This document shows positions 11,940 through 24,483 of a stretch of DNA of 64,000 nucleotides, one piece after another (the stretch's first letter is position 1; every line of letters starts with the position of its first letter). The translations under genes and the position numbers were made by a program. Origin of the DNA: Octopus vulgaris (Eukaryota); the NCBI GenBank assembly GCA_951406725.2, contig OX597821.1:72354001-72418000 (forward strand). Reading direction: 5' to 3'. The notes beneath the pieces are model-generated. The model saw only the letters and a program-made list of their open reading frames with translations. It was not told where the DNA came from and made no database searches.

Positions 11940-13125
11940 ATCCACTCTCACAAGGCTCTTTGATTCTAAACCTAGCTTCCACACCCGAAATTTCTTTTGT
12001 AGAGGAGCTCCCACGCGCAACCCGTCTTGAATTCTTCTGTTATTGCCTGGAGGACTACGATGAATAAAATGGGGCTGAACCTTGGTGACCCCTACTTCTA
12101 CCCGGAATTCTTCACTATATTCGTTGCCAATCCTAACCTTACTAACGGCCTCTCTGTATAGGGCATCTACAGCCCTTATTAGCCATTTGTCAATCTCCAG
12201 TTTCTGCATTGCCCACCAGATAAGGGATTGGAGGACCCTGTCAAAGGCTTTCTCCAAGTACAAGAAAGCTTAGTAGAGGGGTTTTTCTTTAGCTAGGTAT
12301 TTCTCCTGCAGTTGTCAAACCAGGAATATGGCATCAGTGGTGCTTCTACCCAGAACAAAACCGAACTGCATCTCATCTAAGCAGACTCTCTCCCTAATGA
12401 GATAGACTATGACCTTCATCACCTGATCCAGCAGTTTAATACCCCTGTAGTTATTTCTATCTAGAGCATCACCTTTACCCTTGTAGCAGTTGACTATGGT
12501 GCTGCTATGCCAGTCGTTGGGTATGGCTCCATCATGAACTACCTGATTTACAATGGGGGTGACTAGGCCATAGCCCACACCACCAGATGTTTTAAGCATC
12601 TCAGCAGTGATTCCTGATGGGCCGGGGGCTTTTCCTGGCTTCACATACTACTAGGGAGCTGGTCCCTCTACTGGGTCAACATTTGGCAGGCTCTCCTCCC
12701 ATTCATTCTCCAAATTCGGCAGTCTTTCATAATGGCTTCTCCAAGCTTCTTTCTTTACAGAAACATTAAAAGCAAGTGCACCATCATCCATGCGGATGCA
12801 TTTCTCTCCTATGACATCACAATTTTCTCTCACACACTGTCTAGCAATCCGAAATACCTCAGTTCTTTGGTCCTCACGACGCTGGACATTGGCAATTTTC
12901 TTCTACTTTTCCCTTGGCTATGTATGCCAGCCGCCAAGCCTCTCCTTTGGCTACCCCCATCCCTCCATTCTTTCCAGGCTTGTTTCTTTGCTCTAATGGC
13001 CTTGTCTACCGTACTTTTCCACCACTACGTAACTCCAGGTCTGGAAGGGACTTTGCACCATCTACAGACTTGGTCTGTGGCACTCAGCCAGCTGTCCCGT
13101 TGGAATTTTCTGCTATTTCCATGCT
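11940..13125 (-). mobile_element. RTE-clade LINE reverse-transcriptase fragment (pseudogenic)
   Basis: KAPGPSGITAEMLK, NYRGIKLLDQVMK, QFGFVLGRSTTDAIF and YLEKAFDRV in minus-strand ORFs, with frameshifts. Confidence 0.92.
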
Positions 13126-13189
13126 TATTAAATTATAGGATGTCACTTAATCGACATCACTATAGAATACACTTATCATAATCAGCTAA

Positions 13190-13835
13190 TCATCATCATT
13201 TAACATCTGCTTTCCATGCTGGATGTGCCACCAGCACAGGTGAATCAGGAGGCACTGGCACTGACCACACTCGAATGGTGCCTTTTATGTGCCCCCGGAA
13301 CAGGAACCAGACATGGAGCACTGGCAATGGCCTCACTTGAATGGTGCCTTTTATGTGCTATCAGTACAGGGGGCACTGGCAATGACCATGCTCAAATGGT
13401 GCTTTTTATGTGCCACCTGCACGGGATCCGGTCAGGGGTCACTGGCATTGACCACACTTGAATGGTGCTTTTTACATGCCAGTCAGGAGGCACTAGCATC
13501 ATACTTTTTATGTTCCACCAACATGGGAGCCAGTCAGGAGGCACTGGCATTAACCATGTTTGAATTGTGCTTTTTATGTGCCACCAGCATAAGGGGCACT
13601 GGCATCAACCACACTGAAATACTGCTTTTTACGTGTCATCAGCATGGAAGCCAGTCAGGTGGAACTGGTATCATGCTACTGGCACGGGGGCCAGTCAGGA
13701 GGCACTGGCATCGACCACACTCGAATGATGTTTTTTATGCTCCACTGGCATGGGGGCCCATCAGGTGGCACTGGCATCGACCACATTCGAATGATGCTTT
13801 TTATGTGCCACTGGCATTGACCACATTCAGATGTA
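13190..13835 (-). mobile_element. RTE 3' UTR copy with expanded internal ~55-60 bp repeat array
   Basis: About 10 iterations of GGCACTGGCA...AATGGTGCTTTTTATGTGCCACC. Confidence 0.75.
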
Positions 13836-14499
13836 TGTTGAATAGTCAGCAGCAGCAGTATATGGCGTGGAGACAGTACCAAGAGAGCAGTAAGTTCTAT
13901 CATGAGTAAGACTGGACGGACCAGTTGCCGTGGTGTAGAAGTCACATTTACCCCTCTGAAAGGGACACCAGTCAGTCACAGTTGAGTGAACTGGAACAAT
14001 GTTTAAATGAAAGGTTTTGCTCAACAACTCAATGCACCACCCAGTGTTGGGAATCAAAACCATTTTGTGATGATGGACGCAACATCCTAACCATTAAGGA
14101 GAGAGAATGAATATTTTCAACTCGGCAAATTTGATTACGCTCATAGTAGGAGTAGTGTTCTAGTGAAACCTTTCTTTAACCACATCAACAACACTACTAC
14201 TACTACTACAACCCATACAGTGAGTACATTCATACAAATGTCTCAACTTTGCTGAATAAAAGGTGATTCATTAACAAGTGGAATGAATTTGATCTTTTGT
14301 TAACCAAACAGGTTCAGTTATTACATTATGATGAAATCACATTTATGTTACTAAAATGTCATTGTTGTGAGGACAATTGTAGATCTGTGTCATGTGAATA
14401 CGGACTTCGTTTTGGTTTTTGTGCTTTAGTTGTAAATTTTATAAGCTTTGTATGGCTGAAGCCATCACAGTTTGTAGTAGGACACACACAAATAATTTC

Positions 14500-15070
14500 T
14501 GTTATCTAGATGGCCTAATTTGCAGTGGAGGGGGATATACTGAGAGTATGGTTGCTAGAATAAGAATATGATGAAGAAAGTTTGCAGGACTATTATCTCT
14601 GTTGGCAACAAAAGGTCTCTCTTTCTCTCCTAGAGTGAAAAGCAGATTGTATGATGCTTGTGTACAAACAGCAATGCTACATGGCTGTGAAATATGGGCC
14701 CATGAATGCAGAGGACCAGTGAAGTTGGTTTACTCCATTGGATGTGCGATGTTAGTGTAGAACAAATAGAGTACAAATGTGTTGAAAGAAAATTATGCCT
14801 AAGAGGAATCAGATGTAATGTGCAAGAGAGAAGAGTGTGATGAGGACAGTTGTATAAAGAAGTAGCAGTTACTTGAAGTGGATGACACTTATGAAAGTGG
14901 GAAACCCAGGAAGAGAATAGGACAAGGTAGTAAAGGCTGATCTAAAGATGCTGTGCCTCACAGAGGAGATGATTGGCAATTCGCTGTGCTCAGGAAAAAT
15001 CCAACTGTTATGAAAATGAAGTCCAATGGGCATTTTGTTTATGCCTATACATGCTAGGCCCTGGCCCATC
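14500..15070 (+). mobile_element. Old, heavily diverged RTE 3' ORF fragment
   Basis: Recognisable RLYDACVQTAMLHGCEIW and IRCNVQERR remnants. Confidence 0.65.
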
Positions 15071-15229
15071 TCATTCCCGTGACACCCATCCCTCTTTGAA
15101 CTATGACACTTCTCAGCTGTTGTTATCATCAGTGAGCGAAATTAGCACATACTTCATCCCTCCCCACCTCCGTTGGAATGCAAGAGCGAAAATGGGTTCC
15201 CTGGGAAAATAACATTACAACATATTCTT

Positions 15230-15609
15230 TTCTACTCTAGGCACAAGGCCTGAAATTGGGGGGTGGGGGGCAGTCAATTAGATCAACCCCAGTATGCAAC
15301 TGGTATTTAATTTATCAACCCCGAAAGGATGAAAAGCAAACTCAACCTCGGCGGAATTTGAACTGAGAACGTATTGGCAGACGAAATACCTATTTCTTTA
15401 CTACCCACAAGGGGCTAAACACAGAGAGGACAAACAGATTAGGTCGATTATATCGACCCCAGTGCGTAACTAGTACTTACCTAATTGACCTTGAAAGGAT
15501 GAAAGGCAAAGTCGACCTTGGCTGAATTTGAACTCAGAACGTAGCGGCAAACAAAATACCGCTGAGCATTTCGCCCAGCGTGCTAACAGTTCTGCCAGCT
15601 CGCAGCCTT
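15230..15609 (-). mobile_element. Dimer/chimera of tRNA-derived SINE (octopus OK-like)
   Basis: Minus-strand head GGCTGCGAGCTGGCAGAA...GTTCTGAGTTCAAATTC (A/B boxes) and body GGTCGACTTTGCCTTTCATCCTTTC. Two different tails. Confidence 0.8.
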
Positions 15610-16329
15610 AATGTTATGACATATTACAAAAGTAAATTTTTATAAGATGTCCACAGACCAGACATGATTGATTGCCTGGCAACCTAATACTATCTTTAGA
15701 AACAATTCTACAAGAAATCCTATTACACTAGCAACCTTGCCACTTTGGAATTCCTTACCGTTTGTAATGTGACATTTTTTTGTTTTTTTAACATAAAAGT
15801 CTTCAGTACAATCTCAGTCATTTAAGTGAAGGCAAAGAAAACTGGAAGACTTTAGTTTTGACTTCCCTCATTTTCATTGTCAATGCCAGCGCCACCTTGA
15901 CTGCCTTCTGTGTCGGTGGCACGTAAAAAGCACCAACCGATTGTGGCTGCTGCCAGCCTCCCCTTGCACCTGTGCCAGTGGCATGTAAAAAGCATCCACT
16001 ACATCAACGGAGTGGTTGGCATTAAGAAGGGCATCCAGCTGTAGAGACATTGCCAGATCAGACTGGAGCCTGGTGCAGCCTCCTGGCTTCCCAGACCCGT
16101 GCTAGCATGGAAAACGGACGTTAAACGATGATGATGATGACAATGATTCTATTTAACAGTCTCTACAGTTGATAGGCAATGCACACTTTCTGTGCATTTA
16201 AAAGACATTTCACATTTAATGTTGTTAATATTTATTGTCAATTAATTTTTCATGAGATTTTTTTTAATGATTGATTCCAGTTTGCATTGATCCTGTCCAT
16301 GAACAATTTCAGAATTATAAGAATAATCT

Positions 16330-17077
16330 TTTCTCCTCTAGGCACAAGGCCTGGAATTTTTGGGGAGAGGGCCAATTGATTAGATCGACTGGTACTTAAT
16401 TTATTGACCTCAGTGGAATTTGAACTCAGAATGTAAAGACAAATGAAATACCTATTGCTTTACTACCCACAAGGGGCTAAACACAGAGAGCACAAACAAG
16501 GACAGACACATGGATTAAGTCGATTACATCAACCCCAGTGCGTAATCGTTAGCACGCCGGGCGAAATGCGTAGCCGTATTTCGTCTGCCGTTACATTCTG
16601 AGTTCAAATTCCACCAAGGTCGACTTTACCTTTCATCCTTTCGGGGTCGATTAAATAAGTACCAGTTGCACACTGGGGTCGATGTAATCGACTTAATCCC
16701 TTTGTCTGTCCTTGTTTGTTCCCTCTGTGTTTAGCCCCTTGTGGGTAGTAAAGAAACAGGTACTTAATTTATCGCCCCCGAAAGGATGAAAGGCAAAGTC
16801 GACCTTGGCGGAATTTGAACTCAGAATGTACAGACAGACGAAATACCTATTTCTTTACTACCCACAAGGGGCTAAACACAGAGAAGACAAACAAAGACAG
16901 ACAAACGGATTAAGTCGATTACATCGATCCCAGTGCGTAACTGGTACTTATTTAATCGACCCCAAAAGGATGAAAGGCAAAGTCGGCCTCGGCAGAATTT
17001 GAACTCAGAATGTAAAGACAGATGAAATACTAAGCATTTCACCCAGCGTGCTAACATTTCTGCCAGCTCACCGTCTT
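16330..17077. mobile_element. Nest of at least 4 tRNA-derived SINEs, one inverted (16545-16760, +)
   Basis: Repeated GAATTTGAACTCAGAA and CCCACAAGGGGCTAAACACAGAG blocks in both orientations. Confidence 0.8.
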
Positions 17078-17638
17078 AGAATTACAAGAACATTGCATTG
17101 CTCTGGCCCCTGTGCCGGTGGCACGTAAAAAACACCCACTACACTCACGTTCAAACCGAAAAGATCCCACATCGCATGTGCACACACACACACACGCGCA
17201 CGCAAAACGAAGAAATTTTGAAAAAAATGTGTCAGTATGTATGTGTGCAAAGCCACTATCGTAATCTTCACCATCAGAAAAGTATTTGTAGAAAAGAGCA
17301 TTAAAAAACACGAATTTTCGTGAAAATTAATTTCAGACGCAAGTGTGACTCAGTGGTAAGAAGTTTGCTTCACAACCACATGGTTCCGCGTTCAGTCCCC
17401 CATAAGTGGATTTCATAGGCATGTGTTTACGTGTCCATGACGTAGTTGTTCGTTAAAACAGACCGATAGACTAAGTACCAGGCTTTAAAACAGTAAGTCC
17501 TGGGGTCAATTCGTACGACAGAAATACTTCAAGTTGATGCTGAAGTATGGCTGCGGTCTAATGATTGAAAACAAAGACGCTATAGGGAGGCAGATATTTT
17601 CCCCTTCATTCTTTTCAGCTTTATTGTCTGATAATAAC

Positions 17639-17868
17639 CCGTTTCTTTACTACCTACAAGGGGCTAAACACAGAGAGGACAAACAAGGACAGACAAAGGG
17701 ATTAAGTCGATTACATCGACCCAGTGCGTAACTGGTACTTAATTTATCGACCCCGAAAGGATGAAAGGCAAAGTCGACCTCGGTGGAATTTGAACTCAGA
17801 ACGTAACGGCAGACGAAATACGGCTACGCATTTCGCCCGGCGTGCTAACGTTTCTGCCAGCTCGCCGC
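17639..17868 (-). mobile_element. Full-length young tRNA-derived SINE with ~20-bp TSD
   Basis: CTTTATTGTCTGATAATAAC at 17619-17638 and 17869-17888. CpG-rich intact head GGCGGCGAGCTGGCAGAAACG. Confidence 0.9.
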
Positions 17869-17900
17869 CTTTATTGTCTGATAATAACATGCTTACGAAG

Positions 17901-17913
17901 ATTGCCGGGCAAC
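17901..17913. promoter_or_regulatory. RFX X-box candidate in the presumed CPLANE1 promoter
   Basis: ATTGCCGGGCAAC (reverse complement GTTGCCCGGCAAT) fits GTNRCC-N0-3-RGYAAC with one mismatch. Lies in a CpG-richer unique patch ending at the donor CAA|GTAACT (18078/18079). Confidence 0.55.
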
Positions 17914-19283
17914 CGTAACACAATGGAAACAGTCGAAGAGCGGAAAGAATCCAAAGTCGGTCGCGCACTTTAACCAAGGGACCAAAAAGGGGAAATAACT
18001 CTTATTTCGGATGCATGACGGGAGAACCTGTAGAGATTTAAATATGGAGGCGAGACATTGTTTACTTTCGGTTGGCAAGTAACTACAAACTATTTCTGAC
18101 TTTTAATATATTTTGTTTCTTTTATTTGAAACGACCGTAGATATTATTTATTCAATCATATTAACTTGTTAGGCTTACTTTTGTAACTTTCTCTTTATTC
18201 TTATGGCATATAGATATTTTAAACGCCTCTTAAATCATTAAATCCACATTTTCTACATTGTATTACAGCTTTGTATTTCTGTTGCTAAGAACCATCACTC
18301 GAAGTCTCAGTGTGTGTATGTGCAGATATGAATATATATATATATATATATATATATGATATGATATGGTTTAAATATACACATTGTTTATTTTATTTAA
18401 TAGATTTTAGAGGAAAATTATAAGTTATTGAAACAAAATTAGAAGTTCTCTTTTCGGTTGCTACACTACAATCTCTGAAATTATTTCATGCTTAAAAAAC
18501 TATAAATTTGTTTTTACCCAGAAAACTTTCGAAGTGCACACACACACTCGCACGCCTAACATACATAATACACATATAAATAACGTACACACACATATGT
18601 ATATAACGTGTATACACACACACACACGCCCACATATTTTGGGAGAAGCCGCTAACTTAGGCTTTTGTGTATCGACCGCAAGTTAGCTTGAAAGCGTCCA
18701 TTGTTCAGTAACATGTTCAGACTCGAAGAACGTTTGTAACTTAATGAAACACTTTTTTCGTACAACATTCTCAAACCTTACAGTGCTGAAATGTACCAAA
18801 TTCCAGTGCCTGTTTAGCAACTGTTAGAGTTGTTTTGTACCGGTTTCAGCCCTGATCGAACAGACCTACGATCCAAGTTTGTGCAACCGTGACCGTCCCC
18901 TCTCATTTTCTGAAGTAACTCTTCTAGAACTACATTAGCCAATATATTCTCTCTTTAAAATAGCCAGCTGTTATTCTACAGCAGTTTAGCTACTATGTCT
19001 AGTGTGTCAAACCACTAAGCAGAAGCTCCTTCGTCCAGCTCACTTTACAATTATTACTTTGGTGTGGTGCGGTCACTCATGTTACAATAGCAATTTCAGA
19101 TAACACACAGCAAGCAAAGTCTTGCGTAAAATACCTTTTGAAAACCAGCTTCTTATAAATGTGCCAAGAAAGTGAAGCGTAAGGCAAATACTGTTCTATC
19201 TCGGCATGTTTCTCTCATTCTGGAACTAGCGTCTTGGACTAGGGTCAATGAAACTCAAAAGCCTCAGAGCCTGGGAAAATTGC

Positions 19284-19609
19284 GAATTTACCCCTAAAAC
19301 ACAGGACCTAGAACCTGAAGAATTTACCCCTAAAATATAGGGCCTGGAACCTGAAGAATTAACTCTTAAATCACAGGACTTAGAACCTGAAGAATTTACC
19401 CCTAAAACATAGGGCCTGGAACTTGAAGAACTTATTCCTAAAACATAGGACCTGGAACCTGAAGAATTTACCACTAAAACATAGGACCTGGGACCTGAAG
19501 AATTTATCCCTAAAACATAGGACCTGGGACCTGAAGAATTTACCTCTAAAACATAGGACCTGGAACCTGAAGAATTTACCCCTAAAACATGGGACCTGGA
19601 ACCTGAAGA
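19284..19609. repeat. 36-bp minisatellite, about 9 copies
   Basis: Unit GAACCTGAAGAATTTACCCCTAAAACATAGGACCTG. Confidence 0.95.
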
Positions 19610-20623
19610 AATATAATCACTGACATGATTACTCTCTAAATCAACAGTTTTAGAAGCAAAGCAGCATCACAAACCAATAATTTTCTTATTCTCACCCTGC
19701 AACATTTCATGTCATAAACCCACACAAGTCTTTCTCCAAATTACAACATTGATTCAGGCCAAACTCTAATCCACCACACTTTTCACAAACCTGGTAAAAA
19801 AATACATGATGCTTCATCCTCCGCACCACACCCACCATTCACCACAAACAACAACAGCAACTGTCATGAAGTATCACCAAGTCCTTTGTGAGCCGTTCTG
19901 CCAGATCAGATTGGAGTCTGGTGTAGCCATCTGATTTGCCAGACCTCAGTCAAATCGTCCAACCCATGCTAGCATGGAAAGCGGACATTAAACGATGATG
20001 ATTATGAATAAATGCTGGCCAGCAAATTACTTTCCTGGTTGCCCTGTCTGTAGATAACAACACACATAGAAGCAACAATTTTGAATGGAATACTCCAAGG
20101 ATCTATCCTCCAAGATTCTTGTGGTTTACCATTTTTAGCCTATATCTCCATGATGATTATGTTCCCATAGTCCACTTTTCCTTTATACAATTCTTCCAAC
20201 CACTTCAAAATCTGGTGCAAAAAATAATAGACCAGCATCTTCCAAATCCCCCCCCTCCCCGCATCCATTAAAAATCAACAATACCAAAGATTATCATTTC
20301 CAAACAACATTCTCAATACACAGAATTGCAATATTCCCAATAAATGGGGAAATATTGGTTTCAAATTTTGGCACAAGGCCAGCAATTTATGGAAAGGTGC
20401 TAGTCAATTACATTGACCCCTGTACTCAACTGGTATTTATTTTTTCAACCCCAAAAGGATGAAAGGCAAAGTTGACCCCAGCAGAATTTGAACTCAGAAC
20501 ATAAAGATGGATGAAATGCTGCTAAGCATTTTGTCTGGCAATGGTAACAGTTCTGCCAGCTTTCTACATGTGGAAATATTAAAGAAAGAAAGAGCATTTA
20601 TGCTCAGGAGACCTTGTATGAAA

Positions 20624-20675
<52 letters not shown>

Positions 20676-21110
20676 TGATGATCATCATCATTGTTTAACG
20701 TCCGTTTTTCCATGCTAGCATGGGTTGGACGGTTCGACCGGGGTCTGGGAAGCCAGGAGGCTGAACCAGACTCCAGTCTTATCTGGCAGTGTTTCTACAG
20801 CTGGATGCCCTTCCTAACGCCAACCACTCCATGAGTGTAGTGGGTTCTTTTTATGTGCCAGGGGAGGCTGGCAACAACCACATTTGGATGGTGCTTTTTA
20901 CATGCCACCGGCATGGAAGGCAGTCAAGGCGGCACTGGCATTGGCCACATTCGGGTGGTGCTTTTTACGTGCCACCAGCACAGGGATCACAACTACAATT
21001 TCCATTTGATTTTATATATATATGTAATATGGCAATTATATTTTCTTTATTTTAACAGGTAGGAAACCAGTAGTAAAATGTGAAATATATATTTAAGAGC
21101 CGAAGTCAAT

Positions 21111-21203
21111 ATGGTAGAAGACCTAACTCTTCATCTGAATGTTATTGCTTCTACAAACATTAAAAGAAAGAAACCATGGTCAGAGATTCTTTGGATTGGA
21201 AAG
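21111..21203 (+). CDS. CPLANE1: CPLANE1 (C5orf42/JBTS17)-like, coding exon 1
   Basis: MVEDLTLHLNVIASTNIKRKKPWSEILWIGK|GT resembles the vertebrate CPLANE1 N-terminus (LEILTSTGIKQKKPWPRVSWLGK). Acceptor at 21058. Confidence 0.85.
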
Positions 21204-23359
21204 GTAAAGCATTTGATTTACTTTGCTGTCAGTTTGTATTTAGGAGGAAAGACAACAGTACTGGGGGTGGGTGGCATGTTCTGATGGTGAATAGTTCCTG
21301 TGGCTTAAGTTCTGCTCTGTTGAGATTAAATGAAAGAGATTATCCAGGATGGAGAGGAATGAAGAAATGCTGTAATGGGCACTGGTACCAATAAGAAAAT
21401 CAGACCCTAAAATGCTAATGATTCTAGCCTACAATCAGGCCAAGTTTTAGCTGTTAGGAAAGGTTCTTATGTATATATTTCTAGTAGAATTTCATGGAAA
21501 TGTGTAGAATCAATAATGTCATATTTTCTCTGCTAAAATTAACATTAAATCCTAAATTTTAAGAAATTGCATTGTAATTTTTATAATTTGAACTGTCATC
21601 TTATTTTGCACTAATTCTCATAAATGGAAAACCATTTTTTTTTTCTGATTATAATTTTTTTTACTGTAAACCTTATGTTTAGAGGTGAAACGTTTTTATT
21701 TATATAACACCATGCAAATATATAAAATATATCTACAGATAAATATTGATTTCAGATTCTGGCACAAGGCCAGCAGTTTCGAGGTGGGGTCTAAGTTAGT
21801 TACATCGATTCTGGTGCTCAGCTGGTTCTTCTTTCAGGAAAAGGATGAAAGGCAAAGTCGGTTCTGGCAGCATTTGAACTGAGAACCTTAAAAGCCAGAA
21901 AAAATGCTGCTAACCATTTTTGTCTGCTACAATAACAATTCCGCCAGATGAACACCTTATATCTGGAGATCATCATCATCATCGTTTAACATCTGCTTTC
22001 CATGCTAGCATGGGTTGGATGATTTCACTAAGGTCTGGCGAACCAGACTCCAATCTGATCTGGCAGAGTTTTTACAGCTGGATGCCCTTCCTAACGCCAA
22101 CCACTCTGAGAGTGTAGTGGGTGCTCTTATGTGCCACCAACACGAAGGCCAGTTTGGTGGTACTGACAACAGCTGTGCTCAAATGGTGCTTTTTATGTGC
22201 CACCTGCACAGGAGCCAATCCAGCGGCACTGGCAACGACCTCACTAGAATGTTTTTTTTCACGTACCACCAGCACAAGTGCTAGTAAGGATACGCATGGT
22301 TTGAAATATGTGACACCAGGCCAGCAATTTCAAAGTAGGGAGTAAGTTGATTACATTGACCTCAGCACACAACTGGTACTTATTTTATCAACCCTGAAAG
22401 GATGAAAGCAAAGTTAATCCCAGCGGAATTTGAACTCAGAACATAAACGCATACAAAATGCTGCTAATCATTTTACCCAGCATGCTAATGATTCTGCCAG
22501 TTTACCAACTTAATCAATATCTAGGTTGTTGCCAGTACTGCTGGACTGACTCCTGTGCAGGTGGCACATAAAAAACACCATTTTTGAGCGTGGACGTTGC
22601 CAGTACCACCAGACTTGCCCTCGTGCCAGTGGTTGCCCTCAGAGTGGTTGGCATTAGGAAGGGCATCCAGCTGTAGAAACTCTGCCAGATCAGATTGGAG
22701 CCTGGTGCAGCCATCTGGTTCACCAGCCCTCAGTCAAAATCGTCCAACCCATGCTAGCATGGAAAGCAGACGTTAAACGATGATGATGATGATGATGATG
22801 ATCAAATGATGTTTAATTATCATCGTTTAACAGCCCTGTTCCATGCTGGAATGGGTTGAACAATTTGACAGGATTTGATGAGCCCAAGAAGTACATCGTG
22901 TTGCAGTGTCTGTTTGGCATGGTTTCCTGACGCTTCACAGCACGTACAGGGGCTTTTTGCTACCACCAGCTCTAGTGAGGTCACCAAGTAACTAACCTCA
23001 AGCGAAGAGCAGGAACTTTATACTAGGATTCACTCACAAGACACTGGTTGGTCAAAGTACCATGCAGTGGGACTGAACCCATAACCATGTAGTTACAAAG
23101 TCAGCTTCTTAACCACATAGCCATATCTTGAACTTATAGGGAACACTTTTTAAATCCTTTCTCTTTGAAAATTTTCAGAGGAAACCAAACCCAATCACTC
23201 AAAACTTATTATTTACTCTTGTTTATTCTAATTCAATGACAGAAAGACTAATTGATATGAAAAATGGGAAGAAAGAGGGGAAAAAAACAATGACAGACCA
23301 AATGAAATAAGGCTATTTTGCCTGAATATAATAATGAACAGTAATATAAGACAGAAAGA

Positions 23360-23582
23360 TGGGTAGGTAGATAGATTGATAAACGGATAGGTAGGTAGGT
23401 AGATAGATAGATAGATAGACAGGTAGGTAGGTAAGTAGATAGATATAGACGGGTAGGTAGATAGATAGATAGACGTGTAGGTAGGTAGGTAAATAGACGG
23501 GTAGGTAGGTAGATAGATAGACAGAAGGATAGGTAGGTAGCTAGGTAGGTGGGTGGGTGGGTGGATAGATAGACAGATAGAT
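23360..23582. repeat. Compound (GATA)n/(GGTA)n microsatellite
   Basis: Directly visible tetranucleotide runs. Confidence 0.95.
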
Positions 23583-23982
23583 TTTTCTTGTATTTACCTG
23601 CAATTAAAGTATTTCTGAGACAAATTCTATAGCCTATTTATAGAAGAACCTTTTGTTATATATGAAATGCTAGTTTAATATATCAATGTTAAAAAAGGTA
23701 AATTGTTTTTACAAAATCAGTCTAAAATCAGCATTTGATGTCTCTTTTCCGCATGCTAACATGGGTCCGGATGGTTTGACATGAACAGAGGCGCCAGATG
23801 GCGGCACCGACTTTCAGCGTCTGCCTTGGCATGGTTATTACCACTTTCCTCCTAATGCCAACTATTTCACCGTGTGTACTGGGTGCTTCTTTTTTTTTTT
23901 GTGTATGTGTGGTACCAGAACTGGTAAAGTGGCCAAGTTCCTACAAGACAAAACCCCTCAACAGAGTGAAGCATAATATTAA

Positions 23983-24204
23983 CCCTTTCGTTACCGTATT
24001 TATTTTGAGATGCTCTGTGTTTCAATCAATTAATTTTAAATATAACAAAGAATTTAGTAAAAGAACTTAGTTATCATTAAGTTAGTGTTGGGAACATAAA
24101 TTGTGACTAAGGTTTAGTGGAAGATTTTAATTCAATACTTATGAAAACAAGACATTTGTACTACAGAGCCAGAGGCGGTTTTGGTCGGGTTGGTATCAAA
24201 AGGG
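23983..24204. mobile_element. piggyBac-type MITE
   Basis: TTAA|CCCTTTCGTTACC ... GGTATCAAAAGGG|TTAA. Confidence 0.85.
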
Positions 24205-24347
24205 TTAAGGGATATGAAAATTTGACAGAGACAGAAGCAGGTGTTGTGTTGAAGAGATGGATATATGGCTTCCTCAAAGATATGATTATTTTAGAATTTA
24301 GAAATAATTAATGTTTTTTTTTTTTTCCTTTTATTCTCCTTCTGCAG

Positions 24348-24483
24348 GAAGAAGAAAGCCTCATTCTTTTGGATCCAAAACGAATAAGTCTGCTGTACCT
24401 TCCAGATGGGAAGACAAAGAAAACTATTGCTAAAGTATCACCCCTTGTGGCTGACAGCATTTCTGTAAATTGCTCAAACAATG
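24348..24483 (+). CDS. CPLANE1: CPLANE1-like coding exon 2
   Basis: EEESLILLDPKRISLLYLPDGKTKKTIAKVSPLVADSISVNCSNN. Phase 0 to 1. Confidence 0.85.

Noticed and set aside
13190-13835. CRISPR-like look of a conserved motif with variable linkers; also the 36-bp and 32-bp arrays
   Set aside because: Eukaryotic context, no cas genes, and the linkers are homologous to each other or absent. These are tandem repeats.
17780-17868. tRNA gene
   Set aside because: A and B boxes are present but there is no cloverleaf. It continues into a SINE body and is flanked by a TSD.
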